Source of the DNA: Callorhinchus milii
Taxonomy: Eukaryota
DNA length: 64,000 nucleotides
Reading direction: 5' to 3'
Assembly: GCF_018977255.1 (NCBI RefSeq)
Contig: NW_024704742.1
Coordinates: 20,648,001-20,712,000 of the forward strand
Shown piece after piece: positions 11,731 to 25,649 of the stretch (positions within the stretch are counted from its first letter, which is position 1; the number at the start of each line of letters is the position of its first letter). The notes under the pieces were generated by a model. That model did not search any database, had not been told where the DNA came from, and worked only from the letters and a program-made list of their open reading frames with translations. The translations under genes were made by a program, and so were the position numbers.

Positions 11731-13203
11731 ACTTCTTCATTATAAATTCTCTTTACAATACTCTGATAACATTATTAGAAATGTATTTTTTAGCAATAAT
11801 GGGAAAGATGCAGCCTGAATAAAAGTTTAACCCTGTGTAAAACTAACATTGGAAACAATAACGTTTCTCAGTAGGAAAAGAAAAAGGCACAGGTGGCAGC
11901 CTGCTTGCTATGAAGTTTACTCTTCAAGCTAGGTAATTTACACTCTACATGTATTAAAATTCAGATTGTGCATCCAATGCATATATGTACCACACATCCG
12001 AAAGCTATATTTTATGCATAAATTCATTTTTCTGAAATTGGTCTCTTAGGAATTTGGTATTTGATTTCTTTCAAAATGTATTAGCTGTCTGTTTTCATCA
12101 ATTGAAGGCAAATATTCTTTTTGGTAGCATTCAGCACTCTAGGTGGTCTTGTGATGTGATGCTCTTCAAAGCTGACTCTCCTAAATGCTTGCTTAGAGAA
12201 AGACAGCGAGTTATATAGCTGTCATCGTTTCTAGCTGTGTACAGTCAGTTCTTGTGTAATTGTCATAGATAAAAGGCACCAGCCAATGAATCTTATTATG
12301 AAGGTGCCCATGAAGTGTGACTGTGATGAGCTGCACTGTTTTGCACGGACACCAGAGATCTTGCTGTGAATATTACCCTTCAGGAACCATATCATTGACA
12401 TAGGATCTATGGGAACATTTATCACTCTGCAAAAATTAGAAAGTAGCTGAAATTTCAACAGTAAAAGCATTTGACACTCCTTGAAACTAGCAGAACTCCA
12501 GCTGACAGCAATGATAACTGAATCGATCTTTGTTTCAGAATTCTCTTTCCTCATATAATTTTCTTTTAGTTAACCCATGTTTATAATAACCATAGTAATA
12601 ATAATTGTTACATTTTTGATATGGAGCCTCAAGGATATCTCAAGCTTTTAATCACCTTTCTCCTCCCAACCCACATTCCTCAACACACACATCCCTCCCC
12701 TCCAGCTCGGGCTCCAAATTAACGGTGAAGTACTTTGAGGCTTCCTCCCAACGTGAAAGGCACTATCTTAATGTAAATTGTTGCTGCTGTTCTTGTAATT
12801 ACAGGTGTTGTATCTTACCATAGAGCACCGCTATTCAGTTTACACTTTTCTATTGATCCGAATGGAATCCTATGTGTTTTCCTCCATGTTTGGGTTCATT
12901 TGGGTTGAGCAAATGTGACATAAAATTCAAAATCAAGAAACAGATGAGACAGCCAAATGACTTTCCTTCAAAGCGGATTGCATTAATGAGATGACGCTGT
13001 CTGAGAGTCAAATAAACCCATAGTATGGTACATAAATAAAATAACTAATCATCACACATATCGTGTAGTGCTATTCTGGTTTACATTATCAGTCTTCAGA
13101 AAATAGAAAAAAATGAAGGATGCCATTTCCTGTCTATGGGAATGTTAGTTTTTGCTTCAGTATTGATACAAGTCATTTCACAATATGATGCAATTGTTAA
13201 CTT

Positions 13204-13420
13204 CAACAACAACAACAAGATTCCATTTATAGAGCGCCTTTCACATCGGGAGGACGTCCCAAGGCGCTGGACAGTTGGGTCAGGATCCGAGCAGGGGGGA
13301 AATGGTCAGGGTGAGGGGAGGGAAGGGAGGGAGGGAGCGAGGAGGGGGTAGTGAGTCGAGAAGGGAGCTGAAGGTACGGTCAAAGAGAAAGGTCTTGAGT
13401 CCGGCCTTGAAGGAGGAAAG
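13204..13420 (-). mobile_element. L2 subfamily A 3' end
   Basis: Close reverse-complement match to about 46585-46849, with a single copy of the 3' repeat unit. Confidence 0.92.
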
Positions 13421-14824
13421 AAAACTAAACACAGACGTAATGTGTACACAATTTATAAATCACTAATTAAAGCAATTCTTTATGATACTGGACAACTACT
13501 GATTGTGAGACACATATATAATTTAGATGTATTCTTTCTATCTCTCTCTCCATTTATATATTATATATATTCGCCCACAAAATATACAGTTAATTTATTT
13601 TGCAGTATATTCTGTGAAGCACTTTGAGACGTCTTGAAGATGCGATAAGGTGCTATATCAAATGCAAGGATTATTACATTATTATTATTATTATATATGC
13701 CTTCTCTCTCCATCTAGCTCACTTCCCAGTGGAAATCGACATGTAAGTGGACAGTGCTGCTGGTCACCTTCCACAGATCTTAGCATTGTTCTGGGACATC
13801 TGCGCAATGAAATGTGTTCCTCATCTTGAACATTTAATGTTAAATTCACTTTAATCTTTTGACGATTTTTTTTTAAAATCACTTGTTTCTGAAAATGGGG
13901 TAAGTTGAGTGGGCCACTCTCATTCCTATGGTCTTCCTATTTCTACATATTGACTTGCATCTGCCGCTGAACCAAATGGTTACTGGGAGCAAGCTTTTTG
14001 GAGAGCTGGCCAGAAAGTGGGATTGGCTCCTATGAATGCCAGTGCAAAAACATCAGTGCGGACTTCATGGGCCGAATGGTTTATTTTTTTAACATTCCAA
14101 TTATTCTATGAATGCAAACATTTCCTAAAAGGAGAGAAACTGCGGCTAACTATTCAACAAAGGTTTGGTGTCCTAGTTTTCTTTCTGCAGATAATTATTG
14201 TTGGTGAATGTGCACATTATTTACATATCAGTTCCTAGCCAGAATGTCCTTTGCCAGACGAATGCCCAGCAAGTCATTACACATGAATATGTTAAGTTCA
14301 CTTGCTCAACAAATGCCTCATTCACTCTGTCTCAGTCTACTGTTTCTAGAGTGTAGGTTTGAAAGCTGTGACAGGGTACGTGCATGGCTATTAAGAAATT
14401 ATATAATTTTAAGACGTGGATGAAGACTTTACTATGTAATGCACAAATGCTTGCGCAGAGCATGTATAACAACCCATGTAAATCCATGTGGTAAAACCCC
14501 TAAAGAACATTTAGAATACTGAAACCATCCTTCTCTTGTTGAGATAAATCAGCAGATGTATGCCCTGAAGAAGGTTTGTGGTGTGCTGCACATTTAGTTG
14601 TAAAACATGGTATCAATATGGATATGCCAGAGGAAAAAAATGACCGTAGCCATGGAGTATGCTGAGCTTTGACAGTCTGCCCGTGCAATGGAGAGAGAAA
14701 TGAGATGAAAACCGATCCAGGCAAATTTTATTACAACATTTTTACGTACAAATCCAACATAAACACGTTTTTTAAAGGAACTAGTCCTAACATTATAAAG
14801 CTTGCATTTATTATAGCACCTACC

Positions 14825-15046
14825 ATAGAACCATAGAAACACACTGCACAGGAGGAGGCCATTTCATCCAATTTTTGTACATTGGTGCTTACTGCTTCAA
14901 GAATCCATCCAGTCTATTCTCAATTCTTTCTTATACCTTTTGCTCTGCATATGCTTTTCCAATTCTTTTTTAAAAGCCTTCTTTCAACTCTGATCTAGCA
15001 GCTACCCCACAAATCATTCCATACCCTGACAATAATAATAATAATA

Positions 15047-15077
<31 letters not shown>

Positions 15078-15240
15078 CCTAAGAGAGAAGAAGTTCTTCC
15101 GAACTTCCGAACCTTTTTACTCCCTTGTCATGCTCTGGAATTCATACCCTCTTCTTCTTGAATCCCCTGCCAGAGGAAAGTTGTTTTTCCATCTAATTCT
15201 CTCAAACTATTTCAATATTCGTCATCTTCCACCTTGATTT
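14825..15240 (-). mobile_element. Degenerate CR1 3' fragment interrupted by an (AAT)n run
   Basis: catagaaccatagaaac tail, caggaggaggccattt; (AAT)n at about 15032-15075. Confidence 0.6.
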
Positions 15241-15339
15241 TTCCACAAGAAATTATTCTGCAGGAAAAGAGTGCTTGATCATAGAGTTGTAAATACTTAA
15301 TCGAAGGGAAATTAATGTAGCAGATGGGATTTTTTCCAA

Positions 15340-15810
15340 TGCCCTCCTCACCTTCAATGCCTTCCACGGCCTTGCTCCTTCCTACCTCTGTGACCTTCTA
15401 ACCCCATATCAACCTGTGTGCTTCCTCCGCTCAGCAGGCTCCAGCCTGCCCCATGTCCCCCGCACGGCACTCCGCACCATTGGCGGTCAGGACTTCAGCC
15501 TCTCTGCCCTCACCTTTGGTACTCCATCCCACATTCCATTCTCTTTGCTCACTCCCTTGCCTCCTTTAAGACATGTCTCAAGAGAGAGAAGGGCCAAATA
15601 GCTGAAAGCTAACCCACAGATGGTGGGGCAGATAGGGCGGGGGGCATGGTGCAGGCCAGTGTTAGCTGACTGGAGGTGGGGCCAGGTTGGTTGGGTTGCA
15701 GAGGTGGAGAGGGGTGGGAGAACCATGGAGGGATTTGAATGTGAGGATGAGAACTTGAATTTAATCTGGTGGGTATGAGGCAGATCTCTGGCCTGTTTCT
15801 GAACATTGGC
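15340..15810. mobile_element. Two abutting L2 ORF2 C-terminal fragments in opposite orientation
   Basis: Plus strand LRSAGSSLPHVPR...IGGQDFS...FKTCLK to about 15581; the antisense of the same region follows. Confidence 0.75.
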
Positions 15811-18800
15811 AGTGAACAATTTGTAACATTTGTACTACAGCCAATGAACTTACTCATGCTGCAAAAGAATCTAATTTAAAACATTATATTGTACAAATAC
15901 TCTTAAGAACAGTCGCTGGTGCATGACAGATGGCTGACAACGCACCGACAACATGCACTGTACTGAACAGCAAAACCACAAATAAACTGAGAATGTTTTG
16001 CACTTAGATAATGATTATACATTTAAATGAGCAGAGGATCTCCACATTTTACGGGTTATGGTGTAGAAAGATTGACTGGATTGTTAAACCAAATAATTAT
16101 GATTAGAGGAGATGCAGAGAGCTGGCAAATTAGAATTCTCTCCATAGCATCTGGTATGTTTTTGGGGAGAATCAATGTGATGCAATTATTATTTATTTTA
16201 CACAGGTTTAAACACATTTAAATATATGTTCTCTGTGCCCATGTGCTCAGATTAATGAATATTGAGATTCCTGATTCCAGTATTATAAAGACAGTGAACA
16301 ACACCATGTTCCCCTTGTGGTTCAATTTGGGTATGACTAGTGATAGGGGAAAACCAGAATTTATATATTTCATGTGCGACGATTCTCACCCCTAATTGTA
16401 TACCCGCATTATGACAAGGCGCCTGGTGTACCAGGTGGCCTCTGTATCAGTCCTTTCTCTGTATTATGCAAGTTCCCTCTCTGAGTGAAACTCCGCTAAT
16501 GAGAATATACACACAACGACAGGTAGTCACAATGGCTTATTACACAACAAAGAGATGCATTCATCAGCATCTTTCGCACTACCAGACAGCTGGCTTTAGC
16601 AAAAACCTGCTTGTGTTTCCTCCTTCCCTCGTCGATCTATACAGAGATTCAAGAAGCACTGAACAGAACAGAAAACAGTGTTTCTTTGGTTCTTAAATCC
16701 TATGTCTAACTTACACTAACCGGAACATGATAACTTGCAGCATTAAGAAATAGAAAATACCCTAAAACTAATCTATGACTCTAGCAGCCTTACCCAAAGT
16801 TGGTTAACAAAGAAAAAACAATCTTGGCCTAGAGGCAAGGTGGATTAGAAAAATAACTGAGAATAGGAGAGGATCAGTTCATTTGTCAAAGGGTGACTTT
16901 CCATGCACTTTGTTTAGTGAATGTGTTGATGTGGGTTAAGCACTGATCTGTTCCTTGAGTGAGCTTTGTAAATTTATGCCTGTGCGCTTATAAATGAGTG
17001 TAATGCAAATTCAAAATATAATTTAGTGGTACATTTATAATTTCATGTTATTTTGTCATTTAAATTATATTACAGTTGTGCAGAGATAAATTTTATACAT
17101 GGAATGCACAGAGCAAAATTACCTCCTTTATCTTGTTCAGTCAGTTGATTGAGGGAAAGCCAGGCTTTCTTCTATTCAGCCACGTAGTAGATTCCAATTT
17201 CTCAACCCATAAATAAAATGAAATTCCTATTTATCATTTTAAACTCTGATTATTCGAAGCAAAACTTGCTGCAATTTTGCATTTTAAAAGATTATTTATA
17301 TTTTCATTGCATTCAAGCTCTTTCTCGAAGGGCCTTTACAAAATAAATCTGAGGAAGTCAAGCTGTGGTTTTACAAAGAAATTGCAGTTAGAACAGAATA
17401 CAAAGAGTCCCACAGAGCTGAGATCTTCTGAAAGAATAATAGTGGAGCAGAGTACTACAAATGGCTGTTAAAGCTGGTTCTATAACAGCATTTAAGAGGG
17501 AATTAGATAAATACTTGAGAAAATAATGTTAAAGATGATCGGGGAAAGAGCAGAGGAATGGAGTGCTGCAGTTGGGGGTCGGAATGCATTGATGGCAATG
17601 CCATTCTTTGGATAAGACATTAAACTGAGGTCCCATCTGCCTGGATGTTAGAGATACCATAACACCATTCGAAAAGAGAAATGATTTGCTCCCAGTGTCC
17701 CAGCCGAAAGGTAGTTCACAGCTTTACAATCCACTTTTAGCTTAAATAGTAGAAGTGATCAAGGTAGCATTTGACTATCTCCTCTGACCTTCCTTAATTC
17801 TCTTACTTCTGTTTGAGGTAAGAAAACGTGGATATCTTCTGGTATTGCCAATTGTCCACTATTCTCTAGGCATGTATAAAAGTTACTATCAGCAGTTGTA
17901 CCAATTGCTATACCTGGTGGATCCTGTGTGGAAGTGCCCTACAGATGGGGTATGAACATAATTTATCTACTTGAGATTCTCACACTGCTTCCATTGTGCC
18001 AAGGGAGGCGGCATCTTTTCCTGTAACTGCACTGCAAGCAGAGGCAGATTTTGACTACCAACTAAGAAGTTGCGAATGGCAGAACTGTGCTCATGCGGAC
18101 TTCAGCACATCACCAGATACTACGTGTTGGCTGGAGTATACAGAGTGGCTGTTGCTGAACTAGAAAAGTCCTGTCCACTGTCTCTGCAGCGGGAAAATGA
18201 CTAGCTTAGCGGTGCTTGTCTGCATATTAATAAAAACAAATTTCACCCTATTGGTCTCAACTCTTTGTCCCTTCACCAGTACGAACACATCTGACTAGAT
18301 TCTATGGAACAATATTGGAAATCCTCAAGGCGTTTATCTACTAAAAGGGTTTTAAATAAGATTTTTTTAAAAATCAAAATAATGTACGAATCCAAAGTCA
18401 ACCTTAATTTTTGAGTTCTGCCATCCAAAAAATATTGTGCCCAGTTTTGTTTCGTACGTGTTGTTTCTTGCCTGCATCAATTTCTATTGGAACGCATGGC
18501 TGGAGTCCAGCCATATCAAGGTCAAAACTCACACTGTGCAAACTGTGAAAGGGACTGGACCACACAAACAAACTGTAAGGACATGCATTATCCGGTCAAT
18601 AAATAGATCTTGTCTTGTGAGTTGTGCTAATCTTGTGCAAACACACAAATTCAGAGGAAATTACATGTGTCCTTAACAAGTAATTTAAAGGAGTACTGGA
18701 TTACCTGAAATTCTTGTATTGTTGTATTCTTAGACCTGGGAAGAAGTTTGTATGTGCAATTTTTATCCTTTAGTTGTCTGTGCCCTTTTTCTTTATTTAT

Positions 18801-18874
18801 GTGTTATTTTTTAAGGGATTGATATATTATCTCCTGAACAATAGTTTCAGAACAAGCCACAGGAAGTATTTATT

Positions 18875-19400
18875 TACCTAGAGAATAATCAACAACTGGA
18901 ATGAGTTACCAGGAACTGTGGTTGAGATCAGGATGCTGGACTCATTTAAGAAACAGCTTGAATCTGTGATGGGAGGATGGGAAGGTGGGTATTCTGAATG
19001 GGTGAGATCAAATGGTTTAAGCCCTGAGTCCTGTAGCTCAGTGGTTAGAGCACTCGCTTTGCAAGCGAGAGACCTGAGTTCAATTCCAGGCAGAGGGCGA
19101 AACCTTGGGCAAGTTTCCTTACTCCACACAGAGCCTAATAATAATCCCTCCAAAACCAAAAACAATAATAAAATTGGCATTTTCAATCTACGACTGTTTG
19201 TAGGACATTGCTGTGCGCAATTGGCTGCCGCGTTCGCCCACAAATTTACAGTCAATTCACTTTACAGTGTGTTCTGTGAAGCGCTTTGGGACGTCCTTCC
19301 GACGTGAAAGGCGCTATATCAAATGCAAGGATTATTATTATTATTATTAAAGGCCTCCTTCATCCTAGTCTATCTTATCCGATCTTGTGTGATCTTGTGA
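18875..19400 (+). mobile_element. CR1 3' fragment split by a SINE
   Basis: RIINNWNELPGTVVE...FKKQLE before the SINE; aaggcctccttc...gatcttgtg tail resumes after 19349. Confidence 0.7.
19026..19349 (+). mobile_element. Young tRNA-Ala-derived SINE
   Basis: Near-identical to the 4388 and 42146 copies; intact A and B boxes. Confidence 0.95.
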
Positions 19401-22344
19401 TTCCTGTTTTGTGGTTTTGTTGGGGCTAGTGCTCAAAGGGTTAAATGCATGCTTGTACAACTTCCATCTGTAAATCTCTGCAAACAACAGTGCAAGAGGA
19501 ATCACCATCTATTCAGTGATAGATTGAAAAAAAGGTTGGAAGAAATTCTCATATCAGCTGCTGCTGCTCCGAACCTGATAGCAGGCTGATTGAGGTAATG
19601 GGAGAAGGCTTTTACAATGTATGATCAGTGGTGCTGTCCCAGGAGCAGGTCCCCCCAGATATCTCACTTGCATTATCCCTCCTCACAGCAGCTGTTTCTT
19701 TGCTGTTTTCATCTGTCCCTGGTGATTAATTGTAACCTTCTGCAGAGTGATAGAGCTAATTAGGAAAAGCATGATCTAATCCACGTTTTGTTGCTTTGCT
19801 GCAGCTGATGTTATGAGCGACATTTCCAGAGTCAATTTTCTGTGCTTGTTTCACAGCACATATTTTGCAAAGGTTCCAGCATAATTGGAACAGGAGGCTT
19901 GGGTTTATTTGCTACAATGGTGTGATAATTCACAAACATGAAATGATGAGTTTTTCTGGGGTCTTTGGTACAGCAGCTGGGAAAGTACGTAACACACCAA
20001 ACATAAAAGATATTTCATCCTTACATCTCGATTTGTGTTACACAGTTTTGTTTTCGTTGCTTTTCTTCACCTGAAAATAAAACTCAGTCACGACACCTTG
20101 CAGTACATCCTGTGAAAAAGCGCTTTGAGACGACCTCCCGGCATGAAAGATGCTATGCTAAATGCAACGATTGCTATCCTTTTTTTCCTTTACGTGTGTT
20201 TCCATGTCACTGTATAAAAGTGTTCAGCACCACCTCAAGGAGTTTAGAAATGACCATGTAATATATTTCCCCAGCCTGAAGTTGATTGAAGGCAGTATTC
20301 CTGACTCAACACTATTGCAAATAATATTCTAATCATTACAACCTTAATATAGTAGTTATTTTATATCTGATTTGGTTTAAGGAATTTATCAATTCCTCAA
20401 GCATCTTTAAATCTGTTTTAAGTACATCAGGTTCCAAAGCTCTTTATTGTGACAATGAAGAGGCTATAGATTATTCAATAGTCTCAGCATTTACCTGCTC
20501 CAATGTTATAGTTATGGAGACAGAAATCTGGGGCAATCCTTGCAGTACGAGCCGAGTCAGATTTTGCCTGGTCATTCACAATGCTCAGAAGTTGGAGACT
20601 GCAGTACTACAATGATGTGGACTTCAGTGTACTGTATGCTCAGAGTGCTGGACTTTGGATGCAGATCCAGTTTGCAGAGTGCAACTGAATTCTGCTTTTC
20701 TGTTTCTTGCAGCATTGCATAGACAGTGGGAGAAAGCGTAGAGATGCGAAGGACAATTTCAGCACAGAAACTGGGAATCATTTCTTGACATAACTTGCAA
20801 TAAATATCTGGAATGGGTTACCAGGAAGAGTAATTGAGGCCAGGCCAGACCTATTTAAGAAATGGTTTGATGCTGGAATGGGAACACGATAGGGTGTGTT
20901 TCATGGAAAATACGATCAAAGGACCAAATCTTTTGCAATCTTGTGAATTTTTTTATGATGCTTAGTTGGTATACACAGAACAAGAAAGGTCTTTCTTGGT
21001 TGGATCCTTGATCTCAGCAAAGGTAGGCAATATCAAGCAGGATGACAAGGAGGTATTACAGTTGGTACTATTGTTTCTGGCCAGGGGAAAAAGAAAATAG
21101 GTCAAAGGTCTTGCCATCCACATTGGAATCTCCTTTCCTAAGAGAGTACAGCCGCCAAGTGTTGGTGAGACTTCTAATGAATGAGAAAACGCTGATGGTG
21201 CAGCTGCTAGCGAGCGGTAGATCAGGCAGCCAGAGTTTGTTTTTAAAGTATAAAGCTACTGTTTTTGGCAGCGTTTCCCACCAGCTGCCTTCATACTCAG
21301 CAGATGTGCATTGCCAACAGTGCAAGAGTACTTTTCTTTATAACTCTGGAGCACTGCCCATTTAATAGCATAGGGAATGTTTCAGTACAGCCCTGGTATC
21401 ATCCCAAATATCTTTATTACTAATGGGAAGGAGAAAGTGCAATGTTTCATAGCGGGATCCATCTGTTATGAGTTTTGTCACAGAAAATTTTGTGAAACAT
21501 CCCAAGTTTCAGCTCAATTTGTTATATTTATCAAACATTTTCCTCCAATTGTTTATTTCTAACAATAAAACTTTACGCACAACAAACTGTCATTGGGTTT
21601 GTTTCTTATTCTTCAGGTTTCACTTTAGGCTTTGGCTTTCCCTAACTGAGCCCTTTGTGGAAGCTCATACGGTAACAAGAGGAAAAAATATTTACTCAAA
21701 ATAACTCCATTGAACAACATCTATTTTGTGCATGTTTGACTTGTAGAATACCATGTAGGTTTAAAGTTATATTGAGCAAAAAATACAGTTTGGTGTTACA
21801 TTCTTTTTAAATGCAAGTGTCATTTTGTGTGCCAGTGACAGTATTAATTATTGTTTTTTTCATTAAGATTTATTTGGACATTTACGGAATGGTAGATTAG
21901 ACAAATGAAAAGATAGTCGGCAGAGCTAGTGTGAAATAATAGCTTACGGAAATGGATTCAGGAAGAGATTACAGTGTTAGGGCCAATGGCAGAAGAAGCT
22001 GCAATTTAGATGTACTAGTAAGATTGCAGGAGTGTTAGTCTGCAAACTCACAGGGATTATCATGCACCAGTGAAGAGTAAGGTAGAACCAATCATTATCA
22101 TGTCATTCGCTTTCACTCTTTGCTCAAACAAGGGGGAGGGGGAGGGAGGGTGAACATGTGAAAGATTAGTGCTAATGCTTTAAGCATAATTTCCAGTTGC
22201 AGAGAGTTTAAACTAGGTCTCTTTATCCCTTTGAAGGTCAGGAAAATAAATAAGAATCAAAATTACTAGATACAGAATGGTATGGATTCTTTATCATAAC
22301 GAAAATTTCCTTCAATGTCTTTTATAGGGGAGGGGAATTGTAAT

Positions 22345-22660
22345 AAATATTCTTTGCATTTGATATAGCGCCTTTCACATTAGGAGAATGTTTCAAATCA
22401 TTGCCACCAATTTTAGGTTTTTAATCCACTGATATACTTATAACGTTCATCTGGACGGGTAGACAGGACCTCCGTTTAATGTCTCATTTGAAGGACGACA
22501 CTGACCCTAGCACTGCAATCCAGTGTTAGTGTAGAATGTGAACTCAAAGCTCTGAGTGTTAGCATAGACTGTGCGCTCAAAATTCAAGTCAGCTTGAACC
22601 CACCACCTTTTGACTTAATTAATTTTATAATTTTATAAAGCTAACAATTGAGCCAGGCTG
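22345..22660 (-). mobile_element. Degenerate Deu-type SINE
   Basis: Tail ttgcatttgatatagcgcctttcac, body tttaatgtctcatttgaaggac, head ttgaacccaccacctt...ttgagccaggctgac. Confidence 0.65.
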
Positions 22661-23196
22661 ACAGCATTGAAGTGAGGTTGCATCAATGTTTCAAACGATA
22701 AGATTTCTATTTATCCCTCCCACAAAGGATATGTATATAAATATGTATATATACATATGCTTATGTTGTTTTGCATTTGATTCATTTATTGAATGGCGGT
22801 GGTGTGGTTCGTGCTTGTAAGCGAGCTCACTAGAAGCATTGAGGAGGCTCAGCAGAGAGCTGTTCACCAGGGTTTGTAAAACCCATCTTATATTGTGTGA
22901 CCGGGCAGAGGCAGAAAGAAGGGATTAATCCTCCGGGTCAAGGACACCTGCAGTTAGCAGGGGAGTGTCACGTCCTGAGATTGGAGCTGGGTGGGGAGGG
23001 AGGGAATATAACTGTTGTCGGAGGGGGAAGGAAGTGGGTCTGGTAGAGAAGCAATACTGTACTGTAGACTCTGCTGACAGTGCTTCGAAAAAGTGAAGTT
23101 AACCATGAAGAATCAAAATGATTTAATGTTATTTAATCACAATGTGTTCTCTCGTTATGTGTAGACTTCATTTAAATTAAGATTTCAAACATCTTA

Positions 23197-23498
23197 GTGG
23201 ATTCCTGTAGCTCAGTGGTTAGAGCACTCACCTCGCAAGCAAGAGACCTGGGTTCGATTCCCGGCAGAGCAAAACATTTGGAAAGTTTCCTTATTCCACA
23301 TGCCTGATAATAACTGCGCAAGAAAAAACACAATAATAAATTGGTCACTTCAATCAACGACTGTTTGTGGGTCACTGCTGTGCTGCTGCCTTTCACCCAC
23401 AAATATACAGTCAATTCACTTTTCAGTATATTCTGTGAAGCACTTTGAGACTTCTAGAAGACATTATAAGGCGCTATAGCAAATGCAACGATTATTAT
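23197..23498 (+). mobile_element. tRNA-derived SINE (short variant)
   Basis: A box, B box ggttcgattcc, Deu-like body and tail. Confidence 0.9.
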
Positions 23499-25649
23499 AA
23501 ACATGATTTAACCTTTTAAAATGATCTCAATAAAATTATTGGGGAGTAGTTAGTAAGATAAATTAGTCATATTGAAGTATAAAAACTATCAATCATACTA
23601 TTCAGATACAACTCCACATATGATGAATAGATAAGATATGAAACCAGGGAAATTAACAAATTTGGTGTAGAACCTAAAGTTACTATAAAGATCTGAGATG
23701 AGATTGTACATACCATTTCAGAATTTAATTTTTTAAGTGTGAAGATGAAACCTCTTTCAACCTAAATGCTGCAATAAGCATTCAAGCAATAATGATCATG
23801 AAGACCAATATGACACAAAACTGTCAGAAGTTCAGTAAGGAGGATTAAAAATAAATTTCATAGCAAAAATGAAATGCCAATTTCACAACAGAGGCATGTG
23901 AGCCGAAATTCCTTTCAAACATTGAAAGAGTTAAGTTATCAGTTTATGATTTTCTTTTCTTGCCGGGTCAGTGATGCTCAGCTCAAATATTCCAGGAGAG
24001 GTGTACATCATCCCAAGAAACTTCCCGGCGGTGGGAAAGCAGCACAGTCAATCACAACCCGGCATGTGAAGGGCCCTCTGATTACCCAGTTAGTGAGATT
24101 GATGAGCTCCGTCACGAGCAATGACATAACAAGGAGGAGCTTGTAAGTTAATCTGAGCAGTGTCTAGTGAAAGGCTTTAAGCGGGGCATGATCTGTAACT
24201 TCAGAAAATACGATGTTCACTGTCTGCTGCTGCTTCATCCTGCATAATGCGTCAAAAGAGTATACCAGTGTGTCAATCCCCCTCACAGTCACCCCTGCAT
24301 AAGGTGGCTTGAAAACTGTACACACGTCATAAAGTCAATTCATCTTTATTAAACTACTGTGTGGTGGTTAGATAGAAAGTTGTGTAAGTGGCATGATATA
24401 GAGATAATAGGTCATTAAGCTGATAGAAGCGTGACGAATAATGTAATTCATACAAAATAATTGTTTTTTCAGACGAGGATCACCACGAAAAATTTTACAC
24501 AATAGATAAAAAGTGTGATATTTCTAATAAAGATTACAGCATACAATTGTTTTGGAAAATACATTGAGCCAGCTGTGAATACAGCAGTTCTTTTGCATCA
24601 ATTGTAATATGCTCCTCTAATTAATTCTCTCAGTTTGTTCTGATGTTTAATTTCTTAAGGAGTTTGTTCCGTTCATTTGTTTTAAATTAATTCTCACAAC
24701 TCTGCATTGTTTTGCTGATCACATTGTTGTGTTGTTAATTAGTCACTTCTGTGGATTAATCGATCAATTACTTTTGATCTGCGGTTGTTTTGAAGCTATT
24801 TATCATTATTTTTGCATATTGACTTCAATTATGGTTCTCTCTATTTCATGCAGAGTGACTGGTATTTCATGCTGTCTTGTGCATTCCGTTCTGCCCTCCT
24901 TGATGTATCATTTTAATTGATTGTTATTTCATGCGGATTATCTTGGCGTTCATTTGCATTTATCTATACTCAGTGCACAAGTATTGATTTGTGTTGCACC
25001 ATACTGAGTGTTGTTCTGTATTTGTCTCCGTGTTGTGAAATTGCCGAATGTTCATCATCTTTTATTGCACTTGACGTTCCCGGCTACAGTACAAAATAAA
25101 TCAAATTACTCTTAACATCACCAAAATAACTATCACATCATGCACCATATTTTTCACTTCTATCTTTTTTATTGCTGGGATAACAGAAATGTCTGCCTGT
25201 TCAGTGGACATTAAAGATCCCATGGCACTACCTGAAAAGAGAAGGGAGTAGCCTCCAGTGTCCTAGCCAATATTCCCCCAGATATTGGTCACTCACTTCA
25301 TGGCTATTTGTATGATAAATTGGCTGCCACATTTGTTTATAAAAACACAGTCATTGCACTTTACAATATATGCTATGAACCATTTGAGACTCCCTTCCGA
25401 CATAAAAGGCAGTGTGCCAAATATAAGAATTATTGTTATAATATCATGTTTTCCATTTGTGATTATCTTGTGTGCTATGAAATAATGGAAGCCTCTGACA
25501 ACACCGGAAGAATCTGCTTGTTTCTCCAATGCATCTAAGAGAAAATTATAAGTTTGGTGAGTGGAGGAAAGTGGAGGAGTATCTACATGGTTCTTTTGGA
25601 AAATGCTTTATTTTGGGTGGGTCAGACTGGAGGGATCAAATTCCTCTCA

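Noticed and set aside
14535..14580. Kinase-like YALKK followed by a donor-like aag|gtttgt
   Set aside because: In-frame stop just upstream, no convincing acceptor and no partner exons.
16372..16830. Possible solo LTR
   Set aside because: Begins with TGT, but there is no second copy, PBS, PPT, defined end or TSD.
20690..20792. Strong splice acceptor followed by HCIDSGRKRR...
   Set aside because: Short frame to a stop, no recognisable protein and no supporting exons.
23971..24148. Possible exon bounded by cag| and |gtaagt
   Set aside because: Translation is not recognisable; it may be a non-coding conserved block, which cannot be shown without alignment.
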